64,000 nucleotides of DNA. Origin: Candidatus Omnitrophota bacterium (GTDB lineage Bacteria > Omnitrophota > Gorgyraeia > Zapsychrales > Zapsychraceae). Positions 8,639-19,663 of this stretch are shown piece by piece. The translations under genes and the position numbers were made by a program. A model generated the notes under the pieces. That model was not told the DNA's origin and did no database searches. It saw only the letters and a program-made list of their open reading frames with translations. Positions within the stretch are counted from its first letter, which is position 1, and each line of letters begins with the position of its first letter. Location of the stretch: assembly GCA_050250375.1 (NCBI GenBank), contig JBFWOS010000001.1:407090-471089 (forward strand), written 5' to 3'.

Positions 8639-9873
8639 AAATACTCGGTATATAATTCTTTGACCTTGGTAATCATTCTCTGACCTAAATTAATCTGACC
8701 TTTTCTATAATTATCATTTTCCTTTGAATCTTCAAAGCCTTTCTGGGCTAAACTAATCGCGGTTGAGAATAACGCCGAATTCGAGACATTTCTTTGGTTG
8801 ATATTATTTATTTGCGCCAGGGTCACCGCCAATTTGGTCTTTTCTTCAATCTTTTCAATCAGCCCTGTAAGTAACGCCCCTCCTCCGATCATTTTTACGC
8901 CCGCATATAAATCTTCATAAAACTCCGATCTCAATATGGACTGATAAATTTCTTCAACAAAATTATCAACCTGATTCAGAATTGCATTGTATATTTGGAT
9001 TCGTTTGATCGGCGTATATGCGCTTTCCCGTTTAACCAGTATTTCTTCATCCTCTTGAATTTGAGAAATAATCGCTGTCGCGTAGGACTTCTTGATTTCT
9101 TCCGCCAATTCAAACGATAAACTCAATGCCCGCGCTATCTCCTGCGTAAAATCATTCCCTCCCATTTCTAAGGTCTCAATATATTTAAGACGGCCTTCAT
9201 GGAACACAAGGACACTGGTGGTGTTGGCTCCCACATCAATCAAAACACATCCTTTATTGCGATGGTCATCCGTCAGTACAATCTCTGACGAGACATATGA
9301 TCCGAAGAAAAGATTCTTGACATCATACCCCGCGTGGTTAACCGACTTAAAAATATTCTTTACCCTGTCTACATTCGAAACAATAATCAAAGATTGGACC
9401 GCTAATTTTCGTCCGTAAAGACCCAGCGGATTTGTTGCGGAATTAACGTCATCGACTTGATAAATCTGGGGCATTTCATGCAAAACTTCATCCTCCATTT
9501 TTACCCCTAACAACCTGGCTTGCTTGTTCAACTTGCGTACATCTGTAGCCGCGATGACTTTATTGCCCCGATCCACCAGAGGAATAGCCGTAGACGTTTT
9601 GCGCACATCAATAAAACTGCCGTCTAACCCTATTTGAATTTCCTTCGTCCGTACTCCTGTCTTTTCTGCGAGTTCATTCAAGACGTGGTTGATACAATCG
9701 GCAAATTCGTTTAGGTCGCTGACAGATGAATCCTTAAAACCATAAATCGGGTGTTCAAACGCACCAAGAATTTCCGGTTTGGAATCTTTGATCTGGATCA
9801 AGCTGACTTTCAGCTTTTGGGACCCGATATCGAGTCCGCAGAATACTTTGTCTTTCATTACACGATTTAACAT
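8635..9873 (-). CDS. ftsA: Cell division protein FtsA
   Basis: Actin-like ATPase motifs (GLDIGSQKLKV…, …DVGANTTSV…, …GGGALL). It is the terminal gene of the dcw cluster. Confidence 0.9.
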   Translation of the reverse strand: MLNRVMKDKVFCGLDIGSQKLKVSLIQIKDSKPEILGAFEHPIYGFKDSSVSDLNEFADCINHVLNELAEKTGVRTKEIQIGLDGSFIDVRKTSTAIPLVDRGNKVIAATDVRKLNKQARLLGVKMEDEVLHEMPQIYQVDDVNSATNPLGLYGRKLAVQSLIIVSNVDRVKNIFKSVNHAGYDVKNLFFGSYVSSEIVLTDDHRNKGCVLIDVGANTTSVLVFHEGRLKYIETLEMGGNDFTQEIARALSLSFELAEEIKKSYATAIISQIQEDEEILVKRESAYTPIKRIQIYNAILNQVDNFVEEIYQSILRSEFYEDLYAGVKMIGGGALLTGLIEKIEEKTKLAVTLAQINNINQRNVSNSALFSTAISLAQKGFEDSKENDNYRKGQINLGQRMITKVKELYTEYF

Positions 9874-10637
9874 TATTTTTTCCCGATAATAGGTTCTTTA
9901 AACCTCAAATCAATATAATTGACTTCCTTTAAATTAAGGTTTCCCTGGGTTAGAACAATCCCAAGAACTTTGATTTTATAATTTATCCTTTGGTCATCAA
10001 TAATGGCTTTAATATCTCTGTCCAAATGAAGAAGAATTCTGGACAGCTGGTCAACATCCATATTCATTATTTTGTATGACGAAAGCGTAGTGTTCTCATT
10101 AAAAGATTTTATAATTTTTAACCCGGCCATAATCTCAACATTATTAACTTTCCCACCGGGGTTAATCGAATCAATCTTTATTTTAGGCCCGCCGATCGAA
10201 GGCAGCTCATTATCTTTGTTTTCAGACTCCGATAAAATGACACCTTCATCATCCAGCACTAAATATTTATTATTGTGTTCGAATTGTGCCAACCGTTTGC
10301 GTTTTTTAGCCAACAGATGAATCTGATTAGGAAATTTTTTCTCAACCCTCAATTCGGAAATCTGCGGATATTTCATTAAAAGGCCTTGTTCGACATCTTG
10401 TAAATCTATCTGGAAAATATTCTTCCCCTGGAGCCGAACCAAATCCCGTCGTTGAATAAACTGAAGAGTCGGGTCTATTACAATTGTCTGTACAGAAAAT
10501 CTCTCTGATTCATTAAAATAACTTGCGGTCCGGTCAAACAAAAACAAACATGCGGCCAGGGCGGCAATAATAATGACAACTATGACAGAGGACTTAATTA
10601 TCCACGATGGAAAAATTTTCTTTTTTCGTTTTGGCAT
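9873..10637 (-). CDS. ftsQ: Cell division protein FtsQ (POTRA)
   Basis: N-terminal TM helix followed by POTRA/FtsQ-like domains. It lies between ddl and ftsA. Confidence 0.75.
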   Translation of the reverse strand: MPKRKKKIFPSWIIKSSVIVVIIIAALAACLFLFDRTASYFNESERFSVQTIVIDPTLQFIQRRDLVRLQGKNIFQIDLQDVEQGLLMKYPQISELRVEKKFPNQIHLLAKKRKRLAQFEHNNKYLVLDDEGVILSESENKDNELPSIGGPKIKIDSINPGGKVNNVEIMAGLKIIKSFNENTTLSSYKIMNMDVDQLSRILLHLDRDIKAIIDDQRINYKIKVLGIVLTQGNLNLKEVNYIDLRFKEPIIGKK

Positions 10638-11571
10638 AAGCTAATTCCGTTAGGATGATGCATAATTGATCAAAATTTATTCCGGCGCATAAAGCCGCCT
10701 TCGGCAGCAAGCTCGTTTGGGTAAACCCCGGTATTGTGTTAATTTCCAAAACATACGGCCTAAAATTGTTATCCAATATAAAGTCGATGCGTGATAGATC
10801 CCTGCATCCGGCAAGCATATGGACTTTTAGGGCGGTTTCCTGCATTAGATGTTTTAATTCAACCGGCAATTCCGCCGGAACATTATACCTCGTCTGACCA
10901 CTCTCATATTTCGCAGAAAAATCAAAGAACCCGCCTTCCGTCAAGATCTCCACAACATCCAAGGGCTTGTCATCAAGAATTCCGACTGTTAATTCACGAC
11001 CTTCAATAAATTCCTCCACCAAAATTTCTCTACCAAAAGACTTGGCGTATTCTATGGCTTTAAGTAATGCGTCGGCGCTTTTGACCACATTAACTCCAAT
11101 ACTCGACCCCTCACAAGAAGGCTTAACGACCAAAGGAAACGTATTCAGCGTTTCGCTAACTTTTAGCAGATTGATTTCCTCGTCCTGAAAAAAAACTACC
11201 GATCCGGGCACAGTGATCCTGTTGTCTCTAAGCATTTTTTGAGTGGAAACCTTATTAAACGCCAATCGGCTAGATTTTGAGTCTGAACCGGTATAGGGAA
11301 TCTTGATTTCCTCACAAATGGACTGGATCTGACCATCTTCCCCAATTTTTCCATGCAAGGCAATGAAAACCAGATTAATTTCTTTTTCAAGCAGCAAATT
11401 CTTGATTTTCGTAGAATCATCATCCCGGATATCCAGGGCCAAAACATCTAATCCCTGGGAACTCAACGAATCATGCACCGCTTTTCCTGACTTAAGAGAA
11501 ATCTCCCTCTCCGTCGAACACCCCCCCATCACAACCCCGATTCTGCCAAATTTTTTGATTCGTTTAATCAT
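10594..11571 (-). CDS. ddl: D-alanine--D-alanine ligase
   Basis: ATP-grasp Ddl signature (…VVMGGCSTEREISLKSG…, …LHGKIGEDGQIQ…, …EINTIPGFT…). Confidence 0.9.
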   Translation of the reverse strand: MIKRIKKFGRIGVVMGGCSTEREISLKSGKAVHDSLSSQGLDVLALDIRDDDSTKIKNLLLEKEINLVFIALHGKIGEDGQIQSICEEIKIPYTGSDSKSSRLAFNKVSTQKMLRDNRITVPGSVVFFQDEEINLLKVSETLNTFPLVVKPSCEGSSIGVNVVKSADALLKAIEYAKSFGREILVEEFIEGRELTVGILDDKPLDVVEILTEGGFFDFSAKYESGQTRYNVPAELPVELKHLMQETALKVHMLAGCRDLSRIDFILDNNFRPYVLEINTIPGFTQTSLLPKAALCAGINFDQLCIILTELAYAKTKKENFSIVDN

Positions 11572-12955
11572 GGACTCTTTGAAGAACGTTCATATTTTTA
11601 TTTTGGAGTTTCTTGACCAGGTCATAACCAATCTGGTTTACATCTCCCGCCCCCAACGTAATCACAAGATCCTCCGGTTGTATAATCTTTAATAGGTGAC
11701 CGAGTATCTTTTCTTTTTTAATATAAAGGACTGTTTTGTCACATATCTTTTTAATTTCCTGGACGAATTTACTGCTATTAACACCTTCAATCGGGGATTC
11801 GCTCGCCTCATAAACATCCGTGACAATGAGGTAATCAATGCCTTTCAAACTATCCATAAACTCCCGCCAGAGCCCCTTAAATCGAGTATACCGGTGAGGT
11901 TGAAAAACCGCAATCACACGGCCGGTCGACAACTCACTGGCCGTTTGCAATGTCGCCGAAATTTCCGTAGGATGATGGGCATAATCGTCAATGACATATC
12001 CGCCGTCAAATTCCCCTAGGGTTTGAAACCGCCTCTGGACACCATTAAAGAGCCCTAAACTCTCAACAACAGCTCCAAAGTCAATGCACAATTCTTCACC
12101 TAGACTAATACAGGCCAAGGCATTGGCAATATTATGCCTGCCGGGAATATTTAACGTGACCGTGCCCTTTAAAACACCATTAATAACGCAATCAAAAGTC
12201 GACCTAAAACCATCCATGCGTATGTTGGTCGCAAATACCTGATCATCGGAAGAAAAACCATATGTCTTATATTTTCTAGAACTCTGTCGGATTAAGTCAC
12301 ATAGTCGTTTATCATCACCATACGCGAGAATAATTCCATCAGGAGTTGTCTTTTCAAAAAACTTTTGATAAGTATCCGCAATATTCTTCCAATTTTGATA
12401 ATAATCAAGATGCTCAAGATCCATGTTTGTAATAATAGAGTACTGTGGTGAGAAATAAAGAAATGAGCCGTCACTTTCATCAACTTCAGAAACAAAATAC
12501 TTTCCTAGTCCTAAAGTTGCGCTTGAACTCTTTCCGTTGACGATACCCCCTATGGCGGATGTTGGATTAAGCCCTGCATGGTTCAGCATCTGCCCGATCA
12601 TCGAAGTGGTTGTTGTTTTCCCGTGCGCTCCGGCAACGGTAATCCCGACATGTTCACGCATTAATTGCGCCAGAACCTGAGCTCTCTGAAGAACAGGGGT
12701 CCCCCGGCGATGAGCGGCTGTCAATTCACAGTTTGATTCTTTAATGGCTGAAGAATAAACAACGACATCCGCATCCGCGATATTCTCTGAATTGTGTCCG
12801 ATAGTGACGGCGGCACCCTTCTTCAACAGATGATGAACCATTGAATTTTCTTTCACATCCGAACCGCTAACCTTATGCCCCTTGTCTAATAACAACGAGG
12901 CAATCGTTCCCATCCCGATACCGCCTATTCCGATTAAATGATAATGTTTATTCAT
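11564..12955 (-). CDS. murC: UDP-N-acetylmuramate--L-alanine ligase
   Basis: HLIGIGGIGMG…GAHGKTTTTSM Mur ligase motifs and dcw context. Confidence 0.9.
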   Translation of the reverse strand: MNKHYHLIGIGGIGMGTIASLLLDKGHKVSGSDVKENSMVHHLLKKGAAVTIGHNSENIADADVVVYSSAIKESNCELTAAHRRGTPVLQRAQVLAQLMREHVGITVAGAHGKTTTTSMIGQMLNHAGLNPTSAIGGIVNGKSSSATLGLGKYFVSEVDESDGSFLYFSPQYSIITNMDLEHLDYYQNWKNIADTYQKFFEKTTPDGIILAYGDDKRLCDLIRQSSRKYKTYGFSSDDQVFATNIRMDGFRSTFDCVINGVLKGTVTLNIPGRHNIANALACISLGEELCIDFGAVVESLGLFNGVQRRFQTLGEFDGGYVIDDYAHHPTEISATLQTASELSTGRVIAVFQPHRYTRFKGLWREFMDSLKGIDYLIVTDVYEASESPIEGVNSSKFVQEIKKICDKTVLYIKKEKILGHLLKIIQPEDLVITLGAGDVNQIGYDLVKKLQNKNMNVLQRVHD

Positions 12956-13733
12956 TGTTTAAGTATCTCTCCCATGAATCATTTAACTTGTTAATATCCT
13001 TAAATCTGACATAGACCGAATCCAACGCCCAATTAAACGGCGAACCTTCCTTTAATTTCCGGCAAAAACGGACAAATTTGGCCTTTCCGTGCTCATCAAT
13101 AAGATATTTGACCACACTCGCTGATTCCGCATAAAACAAACTTATAACCGCCTCATCCGTCACAGGTGTAAGGCCTATCATTGTCAACTCGTCCAGCGGC
13201 ATAAACCGGCCGTTATGCATAGCCTGGCGGACAACATCATGTGAACCAAAACGCTTGGCCCGTTCCGCATACATCGCCACTCCTTCCTCAAACCATAACG
13301 GAATATTTGTTTTATAGCCAACGAAATCTCTAAAAACAATATGCCCCAGTTCGTGGGGAAGGGTTGAATCAAAAAAACCATGGGCCGTCGGGAACGTTCT
13401 GATCTTTTTCTGAGTCGGGGACGCTGATCCATGGGACCAACCGGCCTGTTTACCTGCATATACATAATCCTCCGAACTGTCATAAATATAAATCTTAACC
13501 CTGTTCTCATAAGACCAATTTTGAGTCCGGCCGAACCCGAGATTTTTGCTGATGTTATTATAATAAGTTTCCGTGGCTTCCTCAACGGCATCAACAAAAT
13601 CTTTGGGGGCATTATTATAATAGACAACCACATGTTTCCCGCGCAATTCTTTCCATTCGGCCGCATACGAGTATGACCCCCATAATATGAACAAACCAAG
13701 GGTCAAAACAATAAATCTGGGATTTAATTTCAT
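12948..13733 (-). CDS. Secreted HExxH zinc metallopeptidase-like protein (peptidase MA-type), inserted in the dcw cluster
   Basis: Signal peptide (LFILWGSYSYA-AEW). HELGH at about aa 128, with a downstream EEG (EEGVAMYAE) as a candidate third ligand. It overlaps both murG and murC. Confidence 0.6.
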   Translation of the reverse strand: MKLNPRFIVLTLGLFILWGSYSYAAEWKELRGKHVVVYYNNAPKDFVDAVEEATETYYNNISKNLGFGRTQNWSYENRVKIYIYDSSEDYVYAGKQAGWSHGSASPTQKKIRTFPTAHGFFDSTLPHELGHIVFRDFVGYKTNIPLWFEEGVAMYAERAKRFGSHDVVRQAMHNGRFMPLDELTMIGLTPVTDEAVISLFYAESASVVKYLIDEHGKAKFVRFCRKLKEGSPFNWALDSVYVRFKDINKLNDSWERYLNNE

Positions 13734-14803
13734 ACCGCGCTTGCTATCTCCCCGGCTAAAGATTTTGCCGCCCCGTTAATATTTAATTCTGCTATTAAGC
13801 GATCAAACAAAACCTCCGCAGGCGGGTGTTCCAGCAGATAAGATATGTCCTCCATCAGTCTGGTTGGGGTTAAATCGGCATCTTGAACAATCCTGGCTGT
13901 ATTCGATTCTACCAATACATCCGCATTTTCTTTTTGATGTCCCTGCGCGTATGGGTACGGCACCAGTATGGCCGGTTTTTTAAACCAAGTTAATTCTCCG
14001 ATCGTGGAAGCCCCCGAACGGGATATGACAACATCCGCCAATTGGTATAATTTTTCCATAGGTTCAAAAAATTCAAATAATACATGCGGTAGATTTAGAC
14101 CGTCGTACATATCCTTTACTTCTTCTAATTTTCCTTTACCGCTGATATGCATCACTTGTATTTTAAACCTACCCTGCAGATGTCTTAAAAATTCACAGAA
14201 AATTTGATTGATTCTCTGGCTCCCCTGACTTCCTCCAAACACCAGGATAATTTTGTCTGTTTTATTGAAACCAAATTCTGCAAGAGACTGCAAACGGTCG
14301 AAACGCTTTGACGAACGTGATATCGGACATCCCGTATGAACCAGCCGCTTACTTGTTAAATATTTCTTTGTATGTTTAAAACTAACCGCTACTTTCTTAA
14401 CAAAAAAACTTAAGAGTTTATTGGCTCTTCCTGGAACGACATTTTGCTCATGAATAATCGATGGAATTCCTAAAACCACGGCTGCACTGACAACAGGAAA
14501 AGCTCCATACCCTCCAAATCCTGCGACGACCTGCGGATTGATCTTTCTTAATTCCGTAATTGCCTGTATTGAAACTAGAAAAAGTTTAACAGCCGATTTA
14601 AAATCTGCCCAGCGGCTTTTCCCTTGAAGCCCTGTTGCCCGCAACTCGACCAAAGAAAAACCTTCACTAGTGATCCGGGTCTTGCCGGCACCCATGGCTC
14701 CTAAAAACACAACCTCATGACCATCCGTCCTTAAGCATTTAGCGGCTTCAATCGCAGGAAATAAATGCCCCGCTGAACCTCCCGTTGCCAATACGATTTT
14801 CAT
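13730..14803 (-). CDS. murG: UDP-GlcNAc:undecaprenyl-PP-MurNAc-pentapeptide GlcNAc transferase
   Basis: MKIVLATGGSAGHLFPAIE…GGSQGS MurG signature. Confidence 0.9.
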   Translation of the reverse strand: MKIVLATGGSAGHLFPAIEAAKCLRTDGHEVVFLGAMGAGKTRITSEGFSLVELRATGLQGKSRWADFKSAVKLFLVSIQAITELRKINPQVVAGFGGYGAFPVVSAAVVLGIPSIIHEQNVVPGRANKLLSFFVKKVAVSFKHTKKYLTSKRLVHTGCPISRSSKRFDRLQSLAEFGFNKTDKIILVFGGSQGSQRINQIFCEFLRHLQGRFKIQVMHISGKGKLEEVKDMYDGLNLPHVLFEFFEPMEKLYQLADVVISRSGASTIGELTWFKKPAILVPYPYAQGHQKENADVLVESNTARIVQDADLTPTRLMEDISYLLEHPPAEVLFDRLIAELNINGAAKSLAGEIASAV

Positions 14804-15897
14804 AGATCTTCAATACGTGATATATTCAACAACAGCCCGACAGCCACCATATTAAAAATCAAAGCAGACCCCCCGTAACTGATAAACGGCAACGGGAGTC
14901 CCTTTGTAGGAAACACCCCGATACTCACGCCGATATTGACTACCGCCTGAAGGCCAATGAGACAAACTAAACCTAAAGCCAAATAATACCCGAAAGGATT
15001 TTGGGTTCGTTTGGTGATCCGCGCACCTTGCCAAATAAAAACCGCAAATAACAAAACCGTAAAAACGGTTCCGATTAACCCCAATTCTTCCCCAATAATT
15101 GACAAGATAAAATCCGTATGGGCCGCCGGCAAATAAAACAACTTTTGCATACTTTTCCCGAGTCCGACGCCGAATATGCCGCCTGATCCCAGTGCAATCT
15201 GAGATTGGGAAAGCTGAAACCCTACACCCTGACTATCCTGCCAGGGGTCAAGAAACGCTACAATTCTGCGCATTCGATACGGTTCGCTGACAACCAGATA
15301 AACCAAAGCCGGTAAAGCCGCCAGCGCTAAGCCGGTTAAATATATTATTTTTGTCCCGGCAACGAATAACATAATGAAGATAATTGAAGCAATCAGGACT
15401 GAACTCCCTAAATCAGGCTGTTTAACAATAAGTAAACAGACACTCCCCATTATAATCAATAACGGCAGAAATCCCTCTACAAAATTGGTTATTTTTAACT
15501 GTTTCCTGGAAAGGAAATCAGCCGCATAGACCATAATCGCAATCTTGGTAAACTCTGAAGGTTGAAAACTGACCGGGCCAAGTTTAAACCAGCGCCTTGC
15601 TCCATAACTCGTTGACCCGATTCCAGGGATCAATACAATGACCAAAAGTATAAAGGCCGCTAACATTAAAAATTTGGAATATTTTTGCAGCAATCGGTAA
15701 TCAATAGCCATGGACATAAACATGACCAGACTGCCCAAAACCAGAAAAATTAAATGGCGCTTAAGGAAATACGTTCGATCTCCCAAGTTTTCTGCGGCAT
15801 AAACACCGCTGGATGAATAAATCATGATAATACCCAAACAGATCAGAACCGTTACAACAGCCGTAATCGATATTCGTAAATTTCGCATATTCTCCAA
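14800..15897 (-). CDS. ftsW: SEDS-family peptidoglycan glycosyltransferase FtsW
   Basis: 10-TM SEDS protein located between murD and murG. Confidence 0.85.
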   Translation of the reverse strand: MENMRNLRISITAVVTVLICLGIIMIYSSSGVYAAENLGDRTYFLKRHLIFLVLGSLVMFMSMAIDYRLLQKYSKFLMLAAFILLVIVLIPGIGSTSYGARRWFKLGPVSFQPSEFTKIAIMVYAADFLSRKQLKITNFVEGFLPLLIIMGSVCLLIVKQPDLGSSVLIASIIFIMLFVAGTKIIYLTGLALAALPALVYLVVSEPYRMRRIVAFLDPWQDSQGVGFQLSQSQIALGSGGIFGVGLGKSMQKLFYLPAAHTDFILSIIGEELGLIGTVFTVLLFAVFIWQGARITKRTQNPFGYYLALGLVCLIGLQAVVNIGVSIGVFPTKGLPLPFISYGGSALIFNMVAVGLLLNISRIEDL

Positions 15898-15909
15898 AAT
15901 TTAATAAAA

Positions 15910-17205
15910 TTATAAATTATTGACGATACTTTTATAGATCCGGCCGCGGTCTTCATAATCTTTAAACATGTCAAAACTTGCGCACATCGGGCTTAATAAA
16001 ACACAATCCCCGTGATCGGCTTGATTCTTGGCTGACCTTACGGCCTCCTCAAGTTTTTGACATTCCTCGATTTGAACAAATCCGCGAAATGAATTTTTTA
16101 TTTTTTCTTTAGCTTCACCAATCACAAACATTTTTTTAACTTTTTTCCGGACAATCTCCGCTAAAACCGTAAAATCAATATTCTTATCTTTTCCTCCGCA
16201 GATCATCATGACCGGTCTTTGCATCTGGCTCAAGGCCCAATTACCGGCTTCTGCGGTGGTTGATTTCGAATCATTGATGAAATCAACCCCGTCTAAAGTT
16301 CGGACCAATTCCATCCGGTGCTCGACTCCTTTGAAATTATGAATTACCTCATTAAAGCCTTCTTCGCTGACACCCAGAATATCAGCAACTTTACGTACAG
16401 CTAAAAAATTGGGATTAAGTCCGGCAACATTTTCGGCTTGATTAAACCAATGGATGGTCGAATCTATTTTTTTTGTCAGGTCACGAATCAGCGCGCTGCT
16501 ATGGTTCAGAACAGCATGGTCATCGGCCGTCTGGTTATAAAATATTTTCTGTTTGGCTTCAAAATATTCTGCAATATCTTTATGCCGGTCCAAATGATTC
16601 TGGCTGAAATTTAATAAGACAGCAATGAACGGCCTGAAGCCTTTTACCCGACCATCTTTCCTCAAAGAATTATCCTTATCAATCAGGGATTCCAATTGAA
16701 ATGAGCTGAGCTCCAGAACAAAAAAATCATATTCATTTCCATCAATACAATAATCTGAAAACGGAAAACCGACATTGCCGCATAGCCTAGACTTATACCC
16801 GGCCTGTGTAAGAACTTTATTGATGAGCGTCACTACGGTCGTTTTTCCATTGCTTCCGGTGACGGCTATAATGGGAGACTGACAAAACTGATAAGCAAAT
16901 TCGATTTCTCCGAATACCGGGATAGACATTTCTTTCGCCCACTGAACGGGAATCGAATCAAAACGAACCCCCGGACTCAAAACCAAAAAATCGCTCCCGC
17001 TTATAAACTCCCTGGTATGTATGTTGTTTTCCAATCTAATCCCGCGTTGATTAATCCAGTCCAAATCATCTTTGGACATCTGTTCAACAGCCTGTGAATC
17101 GGAAATCCTTAGCTGTCCGTTTAAACGCAAGACTAACCGGGCCAAAGCTAATCCGCTTCGTTTTGCCCCAATAATCGTGACTATTTTACCTTCTAAATTC
17201 AGCAT
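15910..17205 (-). CDS. murD: UDP-N-acetylmuramoylalanine--D-glutamate ligase
   Basis: TGSNGKTT Mur ligase P-loop, an N-terminal Rossmann domain, and dcw position. Confidence 0.9.
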   Translation of the reverse strand: MLNLEGKIVTIIGAKRSGLALARLVLRLNGQLRISDSQAVEQMSKDDLDWINQRGIRLENNIHTREFISGSDFLVLSPGVRFDSIPVQWAKEMSIPVFGEIEFAYQFCQSPIIAVTGSNGKTTVVTLINKVLTQAGYKSRLCGNVGFPFSDYCIDGNEYDFFVLELSSFQLESLIDKDNSLRKDGRVKGFRPFIAVLLNFSQNHLDRHKDIAEYFEAKQKIFYNQTADDHAVLNHSSALIRDLTKKIDSTIHWFNQAENVAGLNPNFLAVRKVADILGVSEEGFNEVIHNFKGVEHRMELVRTLDGVDFINDSKSTTAEAGNWALSQMQRPVMMICGGKDKNIDFTVLAEIVRKKVKKMFVIGEAKEKIKNSFRGFVQIEECQKLEEAVRSAKNQADHGDCVLLSPMCASFDMFKDYEDRGRIYKSIVNNL

Positions 17206-17206
17206 T

Positions 17207-18295
17207 TTATCTGATTTTCAATGTTGTCAATGCCACTAATGCCAAGATAACTCCCAATATCCAGAGCCGAATTATAATCTTTGACTCTTCCCATCCGGAC
17301 ATTTGCAAGTGGTGATGAAAAGGTGCCATTTTGAATATTCTTTTTCCCAAAACCCGAAAAGAGAAAACCTGTAATATAACCGATAACGCTTCAATTACAA
17401 ATACGCCCCCGATGATGACAAGCAATAATTCTTTCTTAATGAGTACCGCCATAACCCCCAATGTCCCCCCCAATGACAGAGATCCCGTATCCCCCATAAA
17501 AACAGTGGCCGGATGACAATTAAACCACAAAAATCCCAAACTAGCTCCAACCATAGCGGAACAAAAAACCGTGAGCTCAGCGGCCTCGGCAACATATGGA
17601 ATAAATAAATATTGGCTGATCGTAAGATGCCCCGTGATATAACTTAAGATCGCTAACGTCATACTAACAACCAGAACACACCCGATGGCCAAGCCATCCA
17701 AACCATCGGTTAAATTGACCGCATTCGATGTCCCAATGACAATTAACGCGACGAACGGCACATATAAAATACCCAGGTCAATTATAGTATCCTTCAAGAA
17801 AGGCAAATCCAATTGTGTCGATGTCCCGGGGTTAAAAAAAACATATGATCCGATAAAGCACCCCAGTAGAATCTCCCAAATCAATTTAGTTCTTTTTGTC
17901 AATCCTCGATTCCGGCCTAATTTCTTTAATTTTCGATAATCGTCGACCCAGCCTAAAACAGCAAGATAAACACAGGTCAATAACGTCAACAAAACAAAAG
18001 GATTAGTCAAATTCCCCCATAACAACACCGAAACAACGATACTGCCGATAACAAATAATCCTCCCATCGTGGGCGTACCTTCTTTCTTGCCATGAAACTT
18101 ATCCAGATCCGGGCAATCATCCCTCTTTGCAATTTCACCGATTTTCATCATCCTGAGTTTACGGATAAAATACGGGCCGAATACCACACAAATCAAAAAC
18201 GTGGTAAATGCCGCCATACCGGTGCGAAAAGTAATATATTTGAAAATATTAAACCCGAAATGCAACTCGCGAAATTGGGATAAAAAGTAGAACAT
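17207..18295 (-). CDS. mraY: Phospho-N-acetylmuramoyl-pentapeptide transferase
   Basis: Polytopic protein with NAVNLTDGLDGLA and HHH motifs. Confidence 0.9.
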   Translation of the reverse strand: MFYFLSQFRELHFGFNIFKYITFRTGMAAFTTFLICVVFGPYFIRKLRMMKIGEIAKRDDCPDLDKFHGKKEGTPTMGGLFVIGSIVVSVLLWGNLTNPFVLLTLLTCVYLAVLGWVDDYRKLKKLGRNRGLTKRTKLIWEILLGCFIGSYVFFNPGTSTQLDLPFLKDTIIDLGILYVPFVALIVIGTSNAVNLTDGLDGLAIGCVLVVSMTLAILSYITGHLTISQYLFIPYVAEAAELTVFCSAMVGASLGFLWFNCHPATVFMGDTGSLSLGGTLGVMAVLIKKELLLVIIGGVFVIEALSVILQVFSFRVLGKRIFKMAPFHHHLQMSGWEESKIIIRLWILGVILALVALTTLKIR

Positions 18296-18298
18296 ATT

Positions 18299-19663
18299 TT
18301 AGGAGGTGTGAATTTTTTTTAAGAAATCGACCGTCAATTCCATGTTCATTGATCTTGAACCTTTGACAAGAATTGTATCACCCGGACGGCAGAATTGTTT
18401 TAATTTTTTATGTAATTCATTTCTGGTGTCAAAGTGAAACGCGGGTACGATTTTTGTTAAGTTCTGAAATGTCCGTACAGTTATTTTTGATTCCTGGCCT
18501 AAAGTCAGCAACAAATCAATGTCCGCCTTGAATATTTCTTCGGCCATTTTCTGATGCAGAACTTTGGACGATGCCCCCAGCTCCCGCATATCACCGCTCA
18601 CAACAATCTTTTTGCCTTTGACGTTTAAATTCCTGATAACGTCCAACGCGCTTTTAAAGGACAACGGATTAGAATTATAGGTATCATTGTAAATCCTGAT
18701 CTTCCCATACTTTTTTAATTCCCCTCGGTTCGGATCAGGCCTAAATTTAGAAATTTGAGCCTGAACATCTTCCTTCTTAACTCCAAAACATTCCGCACAT
18801 GAAATTGCCGCCAGCGCATTATAGATGTGATGCCGGCCCGGATTCGCCAAAGCATATTTTTTCTTGTTGACCTTAAAACGGACCCTGTTGTCTTGGTCCA
18901 TAATAATTGACTCGGCCTGATAGGCTGATTGAGTATTGATTGAAAACGCTAGTTTCCGAAACGGCAACCCTAAACTTTTGATTCTCCGCAAATAGTCATC
19001 ATCTCCGTTATATAGGATAACTCCCCCTTTTTTTAGACCTTTGGCGAGATTAACCTTTTCTTTGAAAACTCCGGCCTTATTCTTCAACCCTTCAAGATGT
19101 GACTCCCCGATATTCGTAAAGACCGCGAAGTCAGGTTCGGTAATTTCGGTCAGCCATGCGATATCCCCTTTTTGATTTGTCCCTAATTCCAAAACCGCAA
19201 TGGAATGGGATTTCTTCAATTTTAATAATGTCAGAGGAACGCCAATCCAATTGTTTTCTGAACGTTCATTCTTCAACACCTTAAACTTGGAACCCAAAAC
19301 GCTTGAAACCAAATTCTTCGTTGTTGTTTTCCCGGCACTGCCTGTGATCGCAACGACAGGGATGTCAAACTGAGAACGGTAAAAGTGAGCTATTTGCCCG
19401 AGGGCCTTAACTGTATCCTTTACACGAATTACACTAATTCCTTTGAGTTTCATTTTCTTAGAAACAAGAACGGCAACAGCACCCTGTTGGATGGCCTTCC
19501 TGACGAATGTGTGTCCATCATGATTGATCCCTTTGATGGCGACGTATAACGCCCCCTGCCCCAGCGCACGGGTATTGATAGAAACCGATTTCAAACTTAC
19601 AGCCGGATCACCGTTTTCCAGTCGGCCATTCGTTGCCTGAATAATTTGTTCTACAGTTAACAT
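18299..19663 (-). CDS. murF: UDP-MurNAc-tripeptide--D-Ala-D-Ala ligase
   Basis: ITGSAGKTTTK Mur ligase signature and dcw order. Confidence 0.9.
   Translation of the reverse strand: MLTVEQIIQATNGRLENGDPAVSLKSVSINTRALGQGALYVAIKGINHDGHTFVRKAIQQGAVAVLVSKKMKLKGISVIRVKDTVKALGQIAHFYRSQFDIPVVAITGSAGKTTTKNLVSSVLGSKFKVLKNERSENNWIGVPLTLLKLKKSHSIAVLELGTNQKGDIAWLTEITEPDFAVFTNIGESHLEGLKNKAGVFKEKVNLAKGLKKGGVILYNGDDDYLRRIKSLGLPFRKLAFSINTQSAYQAESIIMDQDNRVRFKVNKKKYALANPGRHHIYNALAAISCAECFGVKKEDVQAQISKFRPDPNRGELKKYGKIRIYNDTYNSNPLSFKSALDVIRNLNVKGKKIVVSGDMRELGASSKVLHQKMAEEIFKADIDLLLTLGQESKITVRTFQNLTKIVPAFHFDTRNELHKKLKQFCRPGDTILVKGSRSMNMELTVDFLKKIHTS

Noticed and set aside
13184-13699. 171-aa minus-strand ORF and other 60–190-aa ORFs nested inside dcw, rib and mur genes (for example 25352..25918 +, 39190..39531 +, 45221..45667 +)
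   Set aside because: They are alternative-frame or antisense ORFs fully inside well-supported genes. They have Arg/Ser/Pro-rich, low-complexity translations and are not credible.
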